From assembly GCA_009837445.1 (NCBI GenBank), contig VXTM01000024.1:10515-74514 (forward strand): a stretch of DNA of 64,000 bases, given 5' to 3'. The stretch is from Acidimicrobiaceae bacterium. GTDB taxonomy: Bacteria > Actinomycetota > Acidimicrobiia > Acidimicrobiales > Aldehydirespiratoraceae. Each line of letters begins with the position of its first letter. The stretch's first letter is position 1. The notes beneath the pieces were generated by a model. That model searched no databases. It had not been told where the DNA came from and saw nothing but the letters and a program-made list of their open reading frames with translations. Below are positions 63,659 to 64,000 of the stretch, in pieces. The position numbers and the translations under genes are program-made.

Positions 63659-64000
63659 CTAGATGATTGCGGTCTCCACGAACGGCTCGCCCCGGGCGAT
63701 GCGCTCGTACCCGAGCGCCGACAGGTCGAGCGTCCGGTACTCGCCGTAAGCGATCAGCTCCGACACGGCCCGGCCCATGGCCGGGGACTGCTGCATGCCG
63801 TGGCCGGAGAAGCCGTTCACGAAGAGGAAGTTCGACACCTCGGGATGGGGGCCGACCACCGCGTTGTGGTCGAAGCGGTTGTAGGCGTAGTGCCCGGCCC
63901 AGCGGCTCGTGACTTTGATCCGCTCGAAGGCGGGGATGCGGTGGGCCAGCGCGGGCCACACCTTGTCCTCGAAGATGTCGTGGTCCATGTCGAAGTCGTC
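63659..64000 (-). CDS. FAD-dependent oxidoreductase (DAO family), C-terminal part; gene runs off the right edge
   Basis: The frame is open to position 64000. WAGHYAYNRFDHNAVVGPHPEVSNFLFVNGFSGHGMQQSPAMG is the typical C-terminus of DadA/sarcosine-oxidase-like flavoproteins. Confidence 0.7.
   Translation of the reverse strand, partial: DDFDMDHDIFEDKVWPALAHRIPAFERIKVTSRWAGHYAYNRFDHNAVVGPHPEVSNFLFVNGFSGHGMQQSPAMGRAVSELIAYGEYRTLDLSALGYERIARGEPFVETAII

Overview
High-GC, actinobacterial-type chromosomal segment. Hand counts of single 60-nt lines range from 33/60 to 46/60 G+C. I call about 70 protein-coding genes and one tRNA-Leu(GAG). I saw no rRNA, CRISPR array, integrase or transposase. Many long Arg/Pro/Gly-rich ORFs in the track are off-frame or antisense artefacts of the GC content and were discarded.

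Gene content, left to right:
- 0-5 kb: a partial secreted repeat protein that the ORF track misses, then a beta-oxidation-like operon (amidohydrolase, acyl-CoA dehydrogenase, crotonase, SDR).
- 5-17 kb: housekeeping genes (aminotransferase, udk, ogt, ung, ppc), a TauD-type dioxygenase, and a lone ABC ATPase with a 31-His tail.
- 15-28 kb: a catabolic block with a HAPMO-like Baeyer-Villiger monooxygenase, a DsbA-like protein, and an atu/liu-like biotin carboxylase cluster (carboxyltransferase, BC-BCCP, AtuA/DUF1446, TIGR03084-like protein, crotonase, kinase-like protein, Zn-ADH).
- 28-43 kb: mixed redox and hydrolase genes (ChbG, PhyH, YbjQ, D-aminoacylase, beta-carbonic anhydrase, a His/Met-rich lipoprotein, a Rieske oxygenase, PPOX/F420-type and Ddn-type enzymes, an ECF sigma factor, a DddL-like cupin).
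- 43.4-45.1 kb: a four-gene minus-strand cluster of rhodanese, cupin, DUF4242 and an AhpD/CMD-family gene.
- 45-53 kb: a GH32 sugar-utilisation locus with a LacI regulator and an ABC importer.
- 53-57 kb: a zinc block (znuA, zur, and a WD40 gene coupled to a COG0523 GTPase gene), followed by tRNA-Leu.
- 59-64 kb: the conserved rapZ-gap-pgk-tpiA-secG block.

The most interesting observation is in the AhpD/CMD-family gene. Its reading frame is interrupted by a single in-frame TGA exactly where the second Cys of the CxxC redox motif is expected. A perfect 7-bp hairpin starts 13 nt downstream of that TGA. I read this as a candidate selenoprotein with a SECIS-like element, which the ORF track splits into two ORFs. 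A recent nonsense mutation is not excluded.

Secondary points:
- the COG0523-WD40 translational coupling behind a candidate Zur box;
- the His-tailed orphan ABC ATPase;
- two tandem perfect 12-bp palindromes inside the carboxylase operon;
- a repeat-containing metal-binding lipoprotein upstream of the beta-carbonic anhydrase gene;
- a DddL-like cupin;
- a lower-GC block that abuts the tRNA.

All functional calls rest on motif and family recognition by eye. No database search was run.
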